64,000 nt of DNA from Candidatus Entotheonellaceae bacterium (GTDB lineage Bacteria > Tectomicrobia > Entotheonellia > Entotheonellales > Entotheonellaceae). A model generated the notes under the pieces. The model was not told the DNA's origin, made no database searches, and worked only from the letters and a program-made list of their open reading frames with translations. A program made the position numbers and the translations under genes. Location of the stretch: positions 160,001 to 224,000 of the forward strand of contig OZ250173.1 of the NCBI GenBank assembly GCA_965238075.1, read 5' to 3'. Position 1 is the stretch's first letter; the number at the start of each line of letters is the position of its first letter. Below are positions 54,418 to 64,000 of this stretch, piece after piece.

Positions 54418-55427
54418 CCCAGCGGCCAGGCGCGCGGTTCCACCAGCAGGCGGCCGGTGACCTTGCCTTGCAAAATCTCGTCGACGGCCCGGGGGAGTTC
54501 GGCGAGGGTGATGACGCGGGCAAGCCGCTGCAGGTGCCGGGGCTTCAGGTCGGTCGCCAGGCGTTGCCAGATTGCTTGGCGGCAGGACATCGGGCAAGCA
54601 ACCGAATCGATGCCAAGCAGGTTGACCCCGCGCAGCAGGAACGGGATGACGGTGCCGGCAAAATCGTGCCCGGCGACGAGGCCGCAGAGTGCAATGTTGC
54701 CGCCGTGCTGGGTGGTGCGGATCAATCCGCTGAGCGTCGAGCCGCCCACGGTGTCAACCGCGCCGGCCCAGATGCTCTTGAGCAAAGGGCGTGGCTTTGC
54801 GTCCGTGAGGTTCACGTCATCGCGGCTGAGAATCTGACTGGCGCCGAGCTCTCGCAGCAAATCGTGCTGCTCAGGCTTGCCGGTGCTGGCGGCCACGGTG
54901 TATCCCTGCTGGGCCAGGATATCCACGGCAATGCTCCCTACCCCGCCGGTGGCGCCGGTGACTAGGATCGGGCCCTGGTCCGGCGTCATACCGTTACGCT
55001 CCATGGCCAACAGGCACATGGCCGCGGTAAATCCGGCAGTGCCGAGCGCCATGGCCTCGAAATCGCTCAGCGTGTCGGGTGTTCGGACCACCCAGGCCGC
55101 CGGCACGCGCGCGTATTCGGCGTACCCGCCGAAGGACCCGACGCCGAAGTCGTAGCCGGTAACCACCACGCGGTCACCCACCGCAACGTCCGTCGTTTCG
55201 CTGGCGACGACGGTTCCGGCGGCATCGACGCCGGGCACGTGCGGATACTGCCGCACGACGCCGCCCCGTCCGGTACAGGCCAGCCCATCCTTGTAGTTCA
55301 GAGACGAATAAGCCACTTTGATGGTGACCTCACCGGTCGGAAGGTCCTCAAGCGACAGGGAATCGATGCGCCCCTCAACTTGGTCGTCCTGCTTGTCAAC
55401 CACGTATGCCGTGAAACGGTCCTTCAA
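54378..55427 (-). CDS. acuI: Acrylyl-CoA reductase / YhdH-YhfP family MDR oxidoreductase
   Basis: YSSLNYKD, PGVDAAG, GTAGFTA, VTGATGGVGS, WAGAVDTVGG, PFLLRGVNLLGIDS; GGAGG RBS before TTG 55427. Confidence 0.88.
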   Translation of the reverse strand: MKDRFTAYVVDKQDDQVEGRIDSLSLEDLPTGEVTIKVAYSSLNYKDGLACTGRGGVVRQYPHVPGVDAAGTVVASETTDVAVGDRVVVTGYDFGVGSFGGYAEYARVPAAWVVRTPDTLSDFEAMALGTAGFTAAMCLLAMERNGMTPDQGPILVTGATGGVGSIAVDILAQQGYTVAASTGKPEQHDLLRELGASQILSRDDVNLTDAKPRPLLKSIWAGAVDTVGGSTLSGLIRTTQHGGNIALCGLVAGHDFAGTVIPFLLRGVNLLGIDSVACPMSCRQAIWQRLATDLKPRHLQRLARVITLAELPRAVDEILQGKVTGRLLVEPRAWPLGQNRSWSSAPSSG

Positions 55428-55602
55428 GATATCGCCTCCATGGGATGGCCGCGTCGGCTTGCGTTCGGATCGGTCGGGTTCATGGAAAATGGCGCCGGGT
55501 TGTAGCACCCGCACCCTATGGTGTCAAGGCTGGGACACGTCGAGACCGCGGTAGAATCCCTGGCTCAAGAAAAGTCCGAATCAGTCGTCACAGGAGGCCC
55601 CG

Positions 55603-56004
55603 ATGGAAGCCCGGATATCCTTGATCACCCTCGGCGTGGCGGATCTGCAGCGGTCCATTGCCTTCTATCGGGACGGTCTCAAGCTGCCCAAGCGTGACGA
55701 AGGCTCGGAAAACCTCGCCTTCTTTGAAACCTCGGGCATTTGGCTGTCGCTGTATCCGCGCGAGGCGCTCGCCGAAGACGCGGGAATCGCATCCGAGGGC
55801 GGCGGTTCCCGTGGCTTCACGCTGGCCCGCAATATGCGCTCGCCGGAAGAGGTGGAGCGGATTCTGGAGGAGGCCGTAGCCGCGGGCGCCACCCTCGTCA
55901 AACCCGGGGGCCCGGTATTCTGGGGTGGTTACTCGGGGTACTTCGCCGACCCCGACGGCTTCCTGTGGGAGTTGGCCTGGAACCCCCATCTCTGGGTGGA
56001 ATAA
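55603..56004 (+). CDS. VOC/glyoxalase family protein
   Basis: RISLITLGVADL.RS..FY, FWGGYSGYFADPDG.LWE.AWNP; AGGAGG RBS. Confidence 0.92.
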   Translation: MEARISLITLGVADLQRSIAFYRDGLKLPKRDEGSENLAFFETSGIWLSLYPREALAEDAGIASEGGGSRGFTLARNMRSPEEVERILEEAVAAGATLVKPGGPVFWGGYSGYFADPDGFLWELAWNPHLWVE

Positions 56005-56015
56005 TCTGCCACCGG

Positions 56016-57761
56016 CTACAGGAGACGCAACTCCTCAGGCCAGTCGTCGTCTTCGATCGGGGCGGGCCGAGCGACGGCATCGGCCAATCCCTGCATGCGA
56101 TCCAGGGCGGTTTGCAGGTCCTCGAACAGGGTGTCCGGCAGTCCCGCAGCGGCGAACACGGCCGCATCGAGCCGACCACGCTCCGAGCCGTTGGTGTGCA
56201 GAAATTGGTTGTAAGCTCTATCGATCTGATTCAGTGCCCGCGGGACTAGGCGTCGCACGTCAACGACTAGCACCTCGCCGACACTGCCGGGGCTGAGGCT
56301 GTAAACGCCGCCGCCGTATACATGGGCGTTCACGCGCAAGGCCATTTCGGCGATGCCGGTATTCAGCACCGCCAGCAGCGTCTGGGGCGCAACACCCGTC
56401 TGCGGCGTGAGCTCGATGAAGTTTTCACCCGCTACCCAACCGGCCTGATTCCATACCACCCGCAGGCGCCGATGCATCCGGCGCGGCAGCAAAATCGGCG
56501 CCGTGCCGCGGCGCGTCAGATGATCCAGCAGGTTGTACCAAGGGGTGCGGCCCGTTTTGGCCACGCGCGGCAGGTTTTGCACCCCGATAACCGGCTGCGC
56601 CTGACCGCGCGGCGTCAGCACCTGGTTTTCCCAGTACTCGATATAACGTAACACCCGCGTTCCGGTGAGGCGCTCCTTGGCGGCGTTGCACGTCAGTACG
56701 TAGTGGCGGGCCGACAGGTCGGAACTAAGGCATGCCGTGTCAAAATCCTTGGGGGACAGCAGCAAGGGCATGAGCCAGCGACGTTCGAGCTGCCAGCGTT
56801 TTTGGGTAGCGAGCGGCACGACGTAGAACATCTTGGCAAACGTTTGCAGGCCGAGGCGCACCTGGGCCAAGGCGCTCAGGGGCGTCAGGCCGGGATGTTC
56901 CCGCAACGTCTTGTACACCCCTGGAGCGTAGAGGAACGGGGTCCACTTGACTTCGGGATTCAACTCGTCCGAGGACAAAATCGTGCCGTCGGCCTGCGGC
57001 GAGGTGCCGTCCAGCAACTCGCAGGGGTCGTGCGGCAGGTTGGTGGGGGGCGTGCCGTTGAAGGAAACAAAAGCAATCTGCTGGTGTTTCGGAGCCTCTG
57101 GCTCGGCACGCTTTTCCGCCAGGAGGAGTACGGGGCGCACCCGCACCTGGCGGAACATGCGTGCCTGAAATCCGAGGATGCCCCGCACCACGAACGTCCG
57201 CAGCAGGTACTCCTTGAAGGCGGTGCCGTACCGCATGTCCAGCCAGCTATCGGAGATAATGACGGCCAGGCGCCCGCCCGGCTTCAGGAACCGAGCGCCG
57301 TGCATCACGACATAGCATTGCGGATCGGTCAGGCGCGAAAACTTGCCGGCCTCGGGCAACTCTTCCGCGGCGGCCCGCAGGGCCTCCACGTCTCGCTGTT
57401 GCCAGCGGCGGCCGGTGGGCGGATTGCCAACCATCGCATCCGTGGGAGGAAAAGTAGCGGTGAAGAAGTCGCCGGTGCGAATACCGGGCAGGTGGGTCGG
57501 AAGACCGTGGGAACTGAACGCCTGCCGGAGCATCGGCGCGGCGTCGGGACGGGAATCGATGCCGTGAAGTTGATCGGTGAGCCGCTCGGCGGCGGCGCCG
57601 AGCGTTTGAAGATACCTGGCGCTTTCCAGCAGAAAGGCCCCGTCGCCGAAGCCCACGTCAAGAACGTGATCGTCCGCCGAACGCAACGCCCAACGCGCCA
57701 GGAGCCCTGCGATGGCGGGCGGTGTGCGAACGAAGGCTTGCGATCTCAGAGCGTTGCTCAT
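56016..57761 (-). CDS. N6-adenine DNA methyltransferase-like protein (Eco57I/TaqI gamma type) with atypical catalytic motif
   Basis: TPP.IA, motif I VLDVGFGDGAFL, motif IV GNPPT (not NPPY/F), LKPGGRLAVI; C-terminal target-recognition-like region. Confidence 0.75.
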   Translation of the reverse strand: MSNALRSQAFVRTPPAIAGLLARWALRSADDHVLDVGFGDGAFLLESARYLQTLGAAAERLTDQLHGIDSRPDAAPMLRQAFSSHGLPTHLPGIRTGDFFTATFPPTDAMVGNPPTGRRWQQRDVEALRAAAEELPEAGKFSRLTDPQCYVVMHGARFLKPGGRLAVIISDSWLDMRYGTAFKEYLLRTFVVRGILGFQARMFRQVRVRPVLLLAEKRAEPEAPKHQQIAFVSFNGTPPTNLPHDPCELLDGTSPQADGTILSSDELNPEVKWTPFLYAPGVYKTLREHPGLTPLSALAQVRLGLQTFAKMFYVVPLATQKRWQLERRWLMPLLLSPKDFDTACLSSDLSARHYVLTCNAAKERLTGTRVLRYIEYWENQVLTPRGQAQPVIGVQNLPRVAKTGRTPWYNLLDHLTRRGTAPILLPRRMHRRLRVVWNQAGWVAGENFIELTPQTGVAPQTLLAVLNTGIAEMALRVNAHVYGGGVYSLSPGSVGEVLVVDVRRLVPRALNQIDRAYNQFLHTNGSERGRLDAAVFAAAGLPDTLFEDLQTALDRMQGLADAVARPAPIEDDDWPEELRLL

Positions 57762-57866
57762 GCCGGCAGGGACCCCCGGATGTGGGGAACGGCTTTCGAA
57801 TACCACTCAGGCGGCAGGAACGGCGGTTTACAAGAACGCCGGGGAGCGCGGACGAGTCGGCCGTTT

Positions 57867-58655
57867 TCAGGCGCCATTCAGGAAGCCGGTGACTTCCTCA
57901 ACGAAGCCTGTGGGATTTTCGTACATCGGCATGTGGCCGCAGCGCTGCATGATAGACACCTGCGAGCCATGGATGGAGCTTTGGAATGCCTGGGCATACG
58001 CTACCGGCACCAGCCCGTCCGATTGGCCCCAGAGGATCAGGGTGGGCGCCTTCACGCGGTGGATACGTTTCTTCAGGCCCTTGTCGGGAATCGGCCACAG
58101 GAACTTGCCAGCCGTCGCCAGATGCTGCATGCGCACGAGGTAGGCTTGCATTTGAGCCTGTTCGTCCTCCGGCACGGCCATCATCGCCTTGGCAACCTCG
58201 GATTCAGGGTCGTGCCACAGGGCGATGCCGAGCTGGTCCGGCGTCATGGCGAAAAAATCGGCTACCGGATGTTTGTCCAGCCACAGTCCCAAGGCGTTGG
58301 CCAGGACCAGTCGCTGCACCCGATGCGGGCTCAGGGCGGCCAATTCAGCGGCGATCATGCCACCCATCGAATGCCCCACGACGTGCAACGACTCGATGCC
58401 CAAAGCGTCGAGCAGGTCGTTGTAGTAGACCACCAGATCGACGACGTCGTCCAGGTGCTCAAGGCCGCTGCTGCTTTCAAAACCCGGATGCGCCGGAGCG
58501 TACACGGTGTGACGACGGGCCAGTTCGGCCAGAAAGGGGTCCCAACCCCGCAAACCGCCGGCACCGTGCAGGAAGAGTAGCGGCTCGCCGCTCCCACCGG
58601 TGCGTAGTTTGGTCTCGAACAACCCATCGCGAACAGTGACGGTTCTTTCCTCCAC
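57867..58655 (-). CDS. Alpha/beta hydrolase
   Basis: LFLHGAGG, HPGF..S, GHSMGG, LWG.SD, CGH. Confidence 0.9.
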   Translation of the reverse strand: MEERTVTVRDGLFETKLRTGGSGEPLLFLHGAGGLRGWDPFLAELARRHTVYAPAHPGFESSSGLEHLDDVVDLVVYYNDLLDALGIESLHVVGHSMGGMIAAELAALSPHRVQRLVLANALGLWLDKHPVADFFAMTPDQLGIALWHDPESEVAKAMMAVPEDEQAQMQAYLVRMQHLATAGKFLWPIPDKGLKKRIHRVKAPTLILWGQSDGLVPVAYAQAFQSSIHGSQVSIMQRCGHMPMYENPTGFVEEVTGFLNGA

Positions 58656-58778
58656 AACAGTCCTCTCTTTATGAATGTCTTTATGAATGAAATTTGGTCA
58701 GCAACCGCAGACGCGTCGCCGCGGCTGACGTACCATAATGACCGGCCAACAGCTTGTCAACGCAGTGGTTCCTGCCCC

Positions 58779-59672
58779 TTACCCGGCCCGGCGGATGACT
58801 ACCACGCGACCGATCAGCCGCTCTGGCGGCGGGCCCGGAGGCTCAAGCAATTCAAGGCGGCGACCGACTCCCTGCAGCAATTGCAGCCCCTGGGAGGTGT
58901 GCACGAATCCCTTGGCCCGCAGCATTCCGAGACCCCGCAACCGGGCCAGAAGCTCCTCCGGGTCGACACCGTCCGCAACGGCAACTTCATAGGTCTCGAA
59001 GACCTCGTGGTGGTGGGGAGCCGGAGATTTCCCGGCGTTGCGGCGTTGTCGGCGCAAACCGTCCGCATCCGGTGGAAAAAGCAGCGCCGGCTCCACTTCG
59101 CCATGGCACGTGTGCAACACCGGGGTGTCCGGCGCCATGTCATGCAGCAGCGCATCGAGCCGGTTCAGGTCCGCCGCCGGTGCCAGGTCGATCTTGTTGA
59201 GCAGCAGCAGGTCGGCCGACGACACCTGATCCTCAAAGGTGCCGTGCAGGTCGCGGCCCTCTCCAAGCTGCTCGGCGTTGACCACCACAACGGCCACATC
59301 GTCGTCCACCCAGGCGCTCACCGGTTCGCGCCAGAATTGCAACTGCGTGTCGGACGGCAACGCCACCCCGGAGGTTTCGACGATCACCCGATCCGGCTGC
59401 ACGCGCTGCCGCAGCATTTGCAGGGTGTCGCGCAACTCGTCGGACAACTGACAACAGACGCAGCCGCCCTCCAGCTCGACAAACGCCTCGCCGCCCTCCC
59501 CCAATAGCGCCTGATCGATGCCCAAGGCGCCGAATTCGTTGGAGATGACTGCCACCCGTGCGCCGCTGTCCTGAGCTTCACGCAGTAAATGGCACACCAG
59601 GGTCGTCTTGCCCGAACCGAGAAAACCGGACACGACAAGCACCGGGATGCGCTGGTTCGCCGGGTTGTGCAT
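58779..59672 (-). CDS. COG0523/CobW-family G3E GTPase metallochaperone
   Basis: SGFLGSGKTT, NEFG, GCVCC, ETSG, NKID, short His tract, LRAKG. Confidence 0.9.
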   Translation of the reverse strand: MHNPANQRIPVLVVSGFLGSGKTTLVCHLLREAQDSGARVAVISNEFGALGIDQALLGEGGEAFVELEGGCVCCQLSDELRDTLQMLRQRVQPDRVIVETSGVALPSDTQLQFWREPVSAWVDDDVAVVVVNAEQLGEGRDLHGTFEDQVSSADLLLLNKIDLAPAADLNRLDALLHDMAPDTPVLHTCHGEVEPALLFPPDADGLRRQRRNAGKSPAPHHHEVFETYEVAVADGVDPEELLARLRGLGMLRAKGFVHTSQGLQLLQGVGRRLELLEPPGPPPERLIGRVVVIRRAG

Positions 59673-59803
59673 ACCTCCCTTTCCATCCGGGCAGTCGAAC
59701 CCATCAGCACATTTTGGCGCAAGGCGTCACAATGTGGGCGGGCAACGATGTATTGGAATCACCTGTCGAGAACCGTGGGGGTAAATCTGCAGTGAGGTTG
59801 AAC

Positions 59804-60331
59804 TCAGGCGCTCGGGGCAGTCGCCTGCGTGCGGCCTCTCGGGCTCTTGGCCGTGCCGCCGTTCTTACGCTCCTGAGCCTTGATGTAGGTTGGCGCCTTC
59901 TCCCATGGACGGCTCCACTGCACAATCTTCTTGCGTATCGTCGTGGTTTCCTTGGAAGACAACGGCTGAATTCTCGGGATGCCAAATTTGACGCGGTAGG
60001 AACGCGCGTCGAGGCTGTGTTCCTTCAGATGCCTCACCGAAAGCTGCTTGAAAGCCGCGCCGCATACCATGCACACGATGGCGTGCTTCTTGATGCTCTG
60101 CTTCCAATTGGCAGGAATGCTCTTGTCCTTGTTACGCCCCTGCGACGTCTCTTCTTTTTCGCTGAATGAAACGCCGGTAATGGTTTCCCCGGCATCTTCC
60201 TTGTTCTTCAATTCAACCAAGCCGGCATAAGTCTTCTGCAACTCTTTGTGCATCTCTTCCAGTGGCAACGCGCCTACCTGGATCTGCGCCATGACCAGGT
60301 CCTTAGCCATTTCAAGTACAGACTGTGCCAT
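59804..60331 (-). CDS. mucR: MucR/Ros family transcriptional regulator
   Basis: W..SI....IVCMVCG..FKQL..RHL..H.L....YR.KFGIP. Confidence 0.85.
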   Translation of the reverse strand: MAQSVLEMAKDLVMAQIQVGALPLEEMHKELQKTYAGLVELKNKEDAGETITGVSFSEKEETSQGRNKDKSIPANWKQSIKKHAIVCMVCGAAFKQLSVRHLKEHSLDARSYRVKFGIPRIQPLSSKETTTIRKKIVQWSRPWEKAPTYIKAQERKNGGTAKSPRGRTQATAPSA

Positions 60332-60642
60332 TTTCAAAACCCTCTATAAAAATTCCGTCCCGTGCAAATCCAACGTATCTACCGACTCTCCAAAAGAGAC
60401 CGCACAAAGATATAGTGCAACCTTTGACTAAAGTCAAGAAAACGACATCTCCACACAGCAAATGCCGGCTGAATGCAATTGAGAGCAGAAGGCTCCCGGT
60501 CCTTGCCGGCTTCTATTTTCTTGCACGACAATGCAGTTACAAGAGACAACCAAAGGGTTGGTTGACTTATCTCTGCCTCGAGGCACCCGGAGTTATTAAC
60601 ACCAATACATCGAGATCGCCGCGCCTGGCCGTGACTGTAGAC

Positions 60643-62372
60643 TCAGAACGCCTCTTCGGAGGCCGCGATAACCTCCAACTCGTCGCGGCTGTAGGAACCC
60701 AGGCTGCGGAATTCGAACTCGGTGTAGTTCTTGATCCATCGCAAGGCAATGGCATATGCCTTGTGGTAGCGCTCGGCAGCTTGGCGCTGCGTTTCGCTGC
60801 CGGGGTCGGGGAGACGGGCGATGATGTCCTCATGTTCCTTCTGCAGCAGGTCCTTGATCAAAGCAAAATCGTGCCGTTGGCCGGGATCAGTGCTGTCGGC
60901 CACGCGATGCAGAATGCGTTGGGCGATCTGCGCCACGGACATGCGGCCGGTGGCCAGGTCCTCCATCAGAGCGGGATGGATGCCCGGCTTGCCGGCCAGA
61001 CTATCGATGCCCTTGGCCCCCCTACCCTGCAGCCAGCCTTCGAGGTATTCCAGAACCATCCGGGCGTTGCGGCGTGTGCCTTCGACGGTAACGGGGCCGT
61101 CGGGCACACAGATGTCGATGGGGTAATTGTCCGGGTTTGCCATTTCGGGAGACGGCCCCCAGCCCGTCGCGCGGAGATCCTCAAACGGCTTGGCAGCCGT
61201 GTCCATGTGGAAGATATGCGCCACCCAGGCGCGCAGAAATCCCTGCTCCGCTTCCCACTGTTTGTCTGCCCGAATACCTTCCGCGGCTACCTCGTTGACG
61301 TGCGGGTCGGAACTCGGCAGCGGCGTCGCCATGCCGCCAATGGGCACGGCGCCGCGCTTCAGGCAAATCGCCACCAGACGCCGGAAAATGGTGGCGAGAA
61401 AGTCTGTGGTCTTGATGTCGACGCCGAACCGGTCCGGCCACACCGCCGCGGGATCGGCCATCACGTATTCGAAAATGCTGGCCTTGAAATCCCAACGCGC
61501 GGCGTTGAGACCGGCCGCATAGGGACCCAGGGCATACAGCATCTCTTCCATTTGGTAGGCGGCGGGCAGCGATTCCACCAGAATAATGGCACGGATGACG
61601 GCGTCGCCGAGAAACGGCAGATAGGCTTGGCTGGCCGCGAAGAAGTCGCGCCAGAAGGCGGCCTCGTCGGCGGATTCCAGCTTCGGCAGGTAGAAATAGA
61701 TGCCCAGGCCCCGCTCGGCCTGCGCCCGTCCGGCATAGAACAGGGTGAGCGCCGTGCCGAGAATCGCCGCCGACACCGGCTTGCCGTCGATCGTGACGTC
61801 CGATTCACCGGCTTGCCGTCGATCGTGACGTCCGATTCATCGAGGTGCAGGCCGCGCTCACGGTGCATGAAGAAGGGCAACTCGCCGTCGGCCAGGCGAT
61901 ACTCGCGGCCCCGATCGGGATCGGAAAACGACAGGGTGCGTTCAACCGCTGCCAAGCGGTTCCGCGCCGCCGTCAGCGTATCGATCAGCCGGTGCCCGGC
62001 GGCGTCCTCGTCGTCATCGAGGTCGCCAACGGCACGCGAGCCCTCCGGTCCGGGATTCAGCGCGTTGATGAACATGTGGGTGATGGAGGCAGGCCCCGAG
62101 ATTTCGATGCCGGGGCGTTTCAAGTCCTCAGGCACCGGCGGCACCTGCCAATCGCCGGTGTTGATGTCCGAAACAGGGGGATGGGTGGGGAGGACGCCGT
62201 CCTGCAGGGCGCGGCGCAATACCTCGGCGCGGCTCGCGCGCAGCGTTTGGATGCGCGGCGCAAATTTCTCATGCAAGTGCACCAGATAATCGAGAAAGGC
62301 ATCGCTAAAGAGTTCGGCCGCCCCTGCTACCGGAGCAAATGCCACTCGCGCTGCCGTTCCTGTCTCTGCCAT
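60643..62372 (-). pseudogene. aceB: Malate synthase, split by a 32-bp tandem duplication
   Basis: EISGP, DDED, RGLHLDE, YFYLPKLE, GLNAARWD, PIGGMA, MEDLAT; both halves join once the duplicate is removed. Confidence 0.8.
61774..61837. repeat. Perfect 32-bp tandem duplication
   Basis: CACCGGCTTGCCGTCGATCGTGACGTCCGATT x2. Confidence 0.95.
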
Positions 62373-62547
62373 GCAAAAAACCTCCCTGCTCCCGGAGTCT
62401 TTTCTTGGTATAGATGTGGAATTGCGATGAACCGGGTTCATATCGCGGACGGGGCGGGACGCCGAGCCAAGGCACGAACACGCCCTTCTCTTCGATCACC
62501 ACAATGTCGGAATTGGCAGTTAACCTACCATGCGCGTTTGGCCGCCG

Positions 62548-63999
62548 TCAAAGGCCGGCAGTAACGTCTGACGTGCCGTTCGATGAGTCGAGGTGGGAGG
62601 CAAACCATTCGAGGATGAAGCGAAAACGGTCCAAGCGGTGGCGCGGCTTGCCGGCTCGCGACATGTCGTGCCCTTCATCCGGGAAGCGCACGAAGCGTAC
62701 TTCTTTGTGCTGTTTCTTCAGGGCTACGAACAATTGTTCCGCCTGTTCGATGGGGCAGCGTAGATCGTTCTCGGCATGCAGGATAAGCAGGGGTGTCGTA
62801 ATGTCGGCGGTATACGTCAGCGGCGAGCGTTTCAGGTACCAATCCAGGTTGTCCCAAGGCAGATAGCCGCTCTGTGCCTCGGCAAACGAATGGCCAATGT
62901 CGCTGGTGCCGAACAGCGTGTGCACGTTGTTCACCGCGCGCTCCGAGCAGGCCGCCTTGAAGCGCTGTGTATGCCCGACGGCCCAGGTCGTCAGATAGCC
63001 CCCGTAGCTGCCCCCCATGACGCCGAGGCGCTGTGGATCGATGAAATCGCACTGCTGGAGGGCCGCGTCCAGGGCCGCCATCACGTCGGCATGGTCTACC
63101 CCGCCCCAGTCGCCGATCGCCGCACGGGTGAACGTCTCGCCGTACCCTTGACTGCCGCGCGGATTGGCGTAGAGGACGGCATACCCGGCACCGCTGTAGA
63201 CCTGAAACTCGTCGAAGAAATCGTGCCCGTACATCATGTGCGGACCGCCGTGGATGTTGAGCAGCAGCGGGTAGCGGTTGCCGGGCTCGAACCCGTGCGG
63301 TTTCACCACCCAGGCGTCCAGGCCGCAGCCGTCACGTTCGCAGGCGATACGCTCCGGGGCCGACAGTCCGACCTCGGCTTTCCAATCGCCGTTGAGGTCG
63401 GTCAGACGGCGCTCGCCACTGCCGTCCGGATGACAGGCGAACACTTCGGCAGGATTCGTCGGATCCATGGCGGTGAAGGCCAGCCGGCTGCCGTCAGCCG
63501 CGGCTGACAGGTCGGTGATGTGCCGGGGGCCGTCCAGCGCGACTTTGGGGGCCTGCCGGGTATTGGCATCGAATTGGTACGCCTGCACGTTGCCCCGTGT
63601 TTGGACGCCAACGGTCAGCGCGCCACCGTCCGCGGACCACAGCGGACCCTGGTTGCCCAGCGCGCGGCAATTGCGATCCAGGCCACCGCTCAGGCAGACC
63701 GGTGTGCCACCGCCGACCGGTACCGTGTACAAACGCCAGTTGTAACCGGCGTCGTAGCGCTGGCGGTGGCCGAGATAAGCAATCTTTCGCCCATCAGGCG
63801 AAAAAGTCGGATGCCCCACCGGCCCGGCGGTGTCCGTCAGGCGACGCGGCTCGCCGCCGTCGGCAGGCATGACCCACACGTCCGACGCATCGTCTTCGTC
63901 GCGCTCGGCGTGGCGTCCCGAGGTGAAGGCCAGCAGCGCACCGTCCGGCGACCATGCTGCTTCGGCGTGGTTGAAATCGCCGTCGGTGAGTTGGTTCAC
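62548..63999 (-). CDS. S9 family peptidase (acylaminoacyl/dipeptidyl aminopeptidase), 5'-truncated by the window edge
   Basis: PD40-like WSPDG repeats, IHGGP, NPRGS.GYG, GGSYGG, D.RC, EGH. Confidence 0.93.
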   Translation of the reverse strand: MNQLTDGDFNHAEAAWSPDGALLAFTSGRHAERDEDDASDVWVMPADGGEPRRLTDTAGPVGHPTFSPDGRKIAYLGHRQRYDAGYNWRLYTVPVGGGTPVCLSGGLDRNCRALGNQGPLWSADGGALTVGVQTRGNVQAYQFDANTRQAPKVALDGPRHITDLSAAADGSRLAFTAMDPTNPAEVFACHPDGSGERRLTDLNGDWKAEVGLSAPERIACERDGCGLDAWVVKPHGFEPGNRYPLLLNIHGGPHMMYGHDFFDEFQVYSGAGYAVLYANPRGSQGYGETFTRAAIGDWGGVDHADVMAALDAALQQCDFIDPQRLGVMGGSYGGYLTTWAVGHTQRFKAACSERAVNNVHTLFGTSDIGHSFAEAQSGYLPWDNLDWYLKRSPLTYTADITTPLLILHAENDLRCPIEQAEQLFVALKKQHKEVRFVRFPDEGHDMSRAGKPRHRLDRFRFILEWFASHLDSSNGTSDVTAGL

Positions 64000-64000
64000 G

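Noticed and set aside
56703-58580. 625-aa plus-strand ORF
   Set aside because: Antisense to the methyltransferase and hydrolase genes.
58779-59672. CobW metallochaperone as part of the permease-SPFH metal system
   Set aside because: It lies more than 30 kb away in a different gene context; no evidence of linkage.
60325-62289. 654-aa plus-strand ORF
   Set aside because: Antisense shadow of malate synthase.

Overview
GC-rich bacterial DNA with about 45 intact or reconstructable protein genes. I found no rRNA, tRNA or CRISPR array. The gene mix (MucR/Ros, luciferase-like monooxygenase, tandem amidohydrolases, NHL-repeat protein, family-5 ABC transporter, surface beta-barrel lipoprotein) resembles marine or sponge-associated bacteria such as Tectomicrobia; this is inference only. 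The first ~28 kb is a mosaic accessory region with amide/peptide catabolism genes, gene relics (RAYT, Fic, transposases), an IS3 element abutting an IS21 relic, and three copies of a ~157-bp REP-containing miniature element. The best candidate for an undescribed system is a five-gene minus-strand cluster at 20493-26968: hflC - exported acetamidase/formamidase - metal permease fused to an HflK/SPFH domain - hflC - hflK, with no ftsH in the window. It may build an SPFH cage around a metal permease. Other highlights: a hidden UGSC-family selenoprotein (in-frame UGA in D-U-G-T-C plus a SECIS-like hairpin, 29744-31393); a hicAB module bracketed by a diverged ~160-bp duplication that includes a gene 3' end; and several small-indel or duplication frameshifts (sodC, RND permease, lipoprotein, yafQ, malate synthase) that could be decay or assembly error. 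All family assignments come from motif recognition, not database searches.
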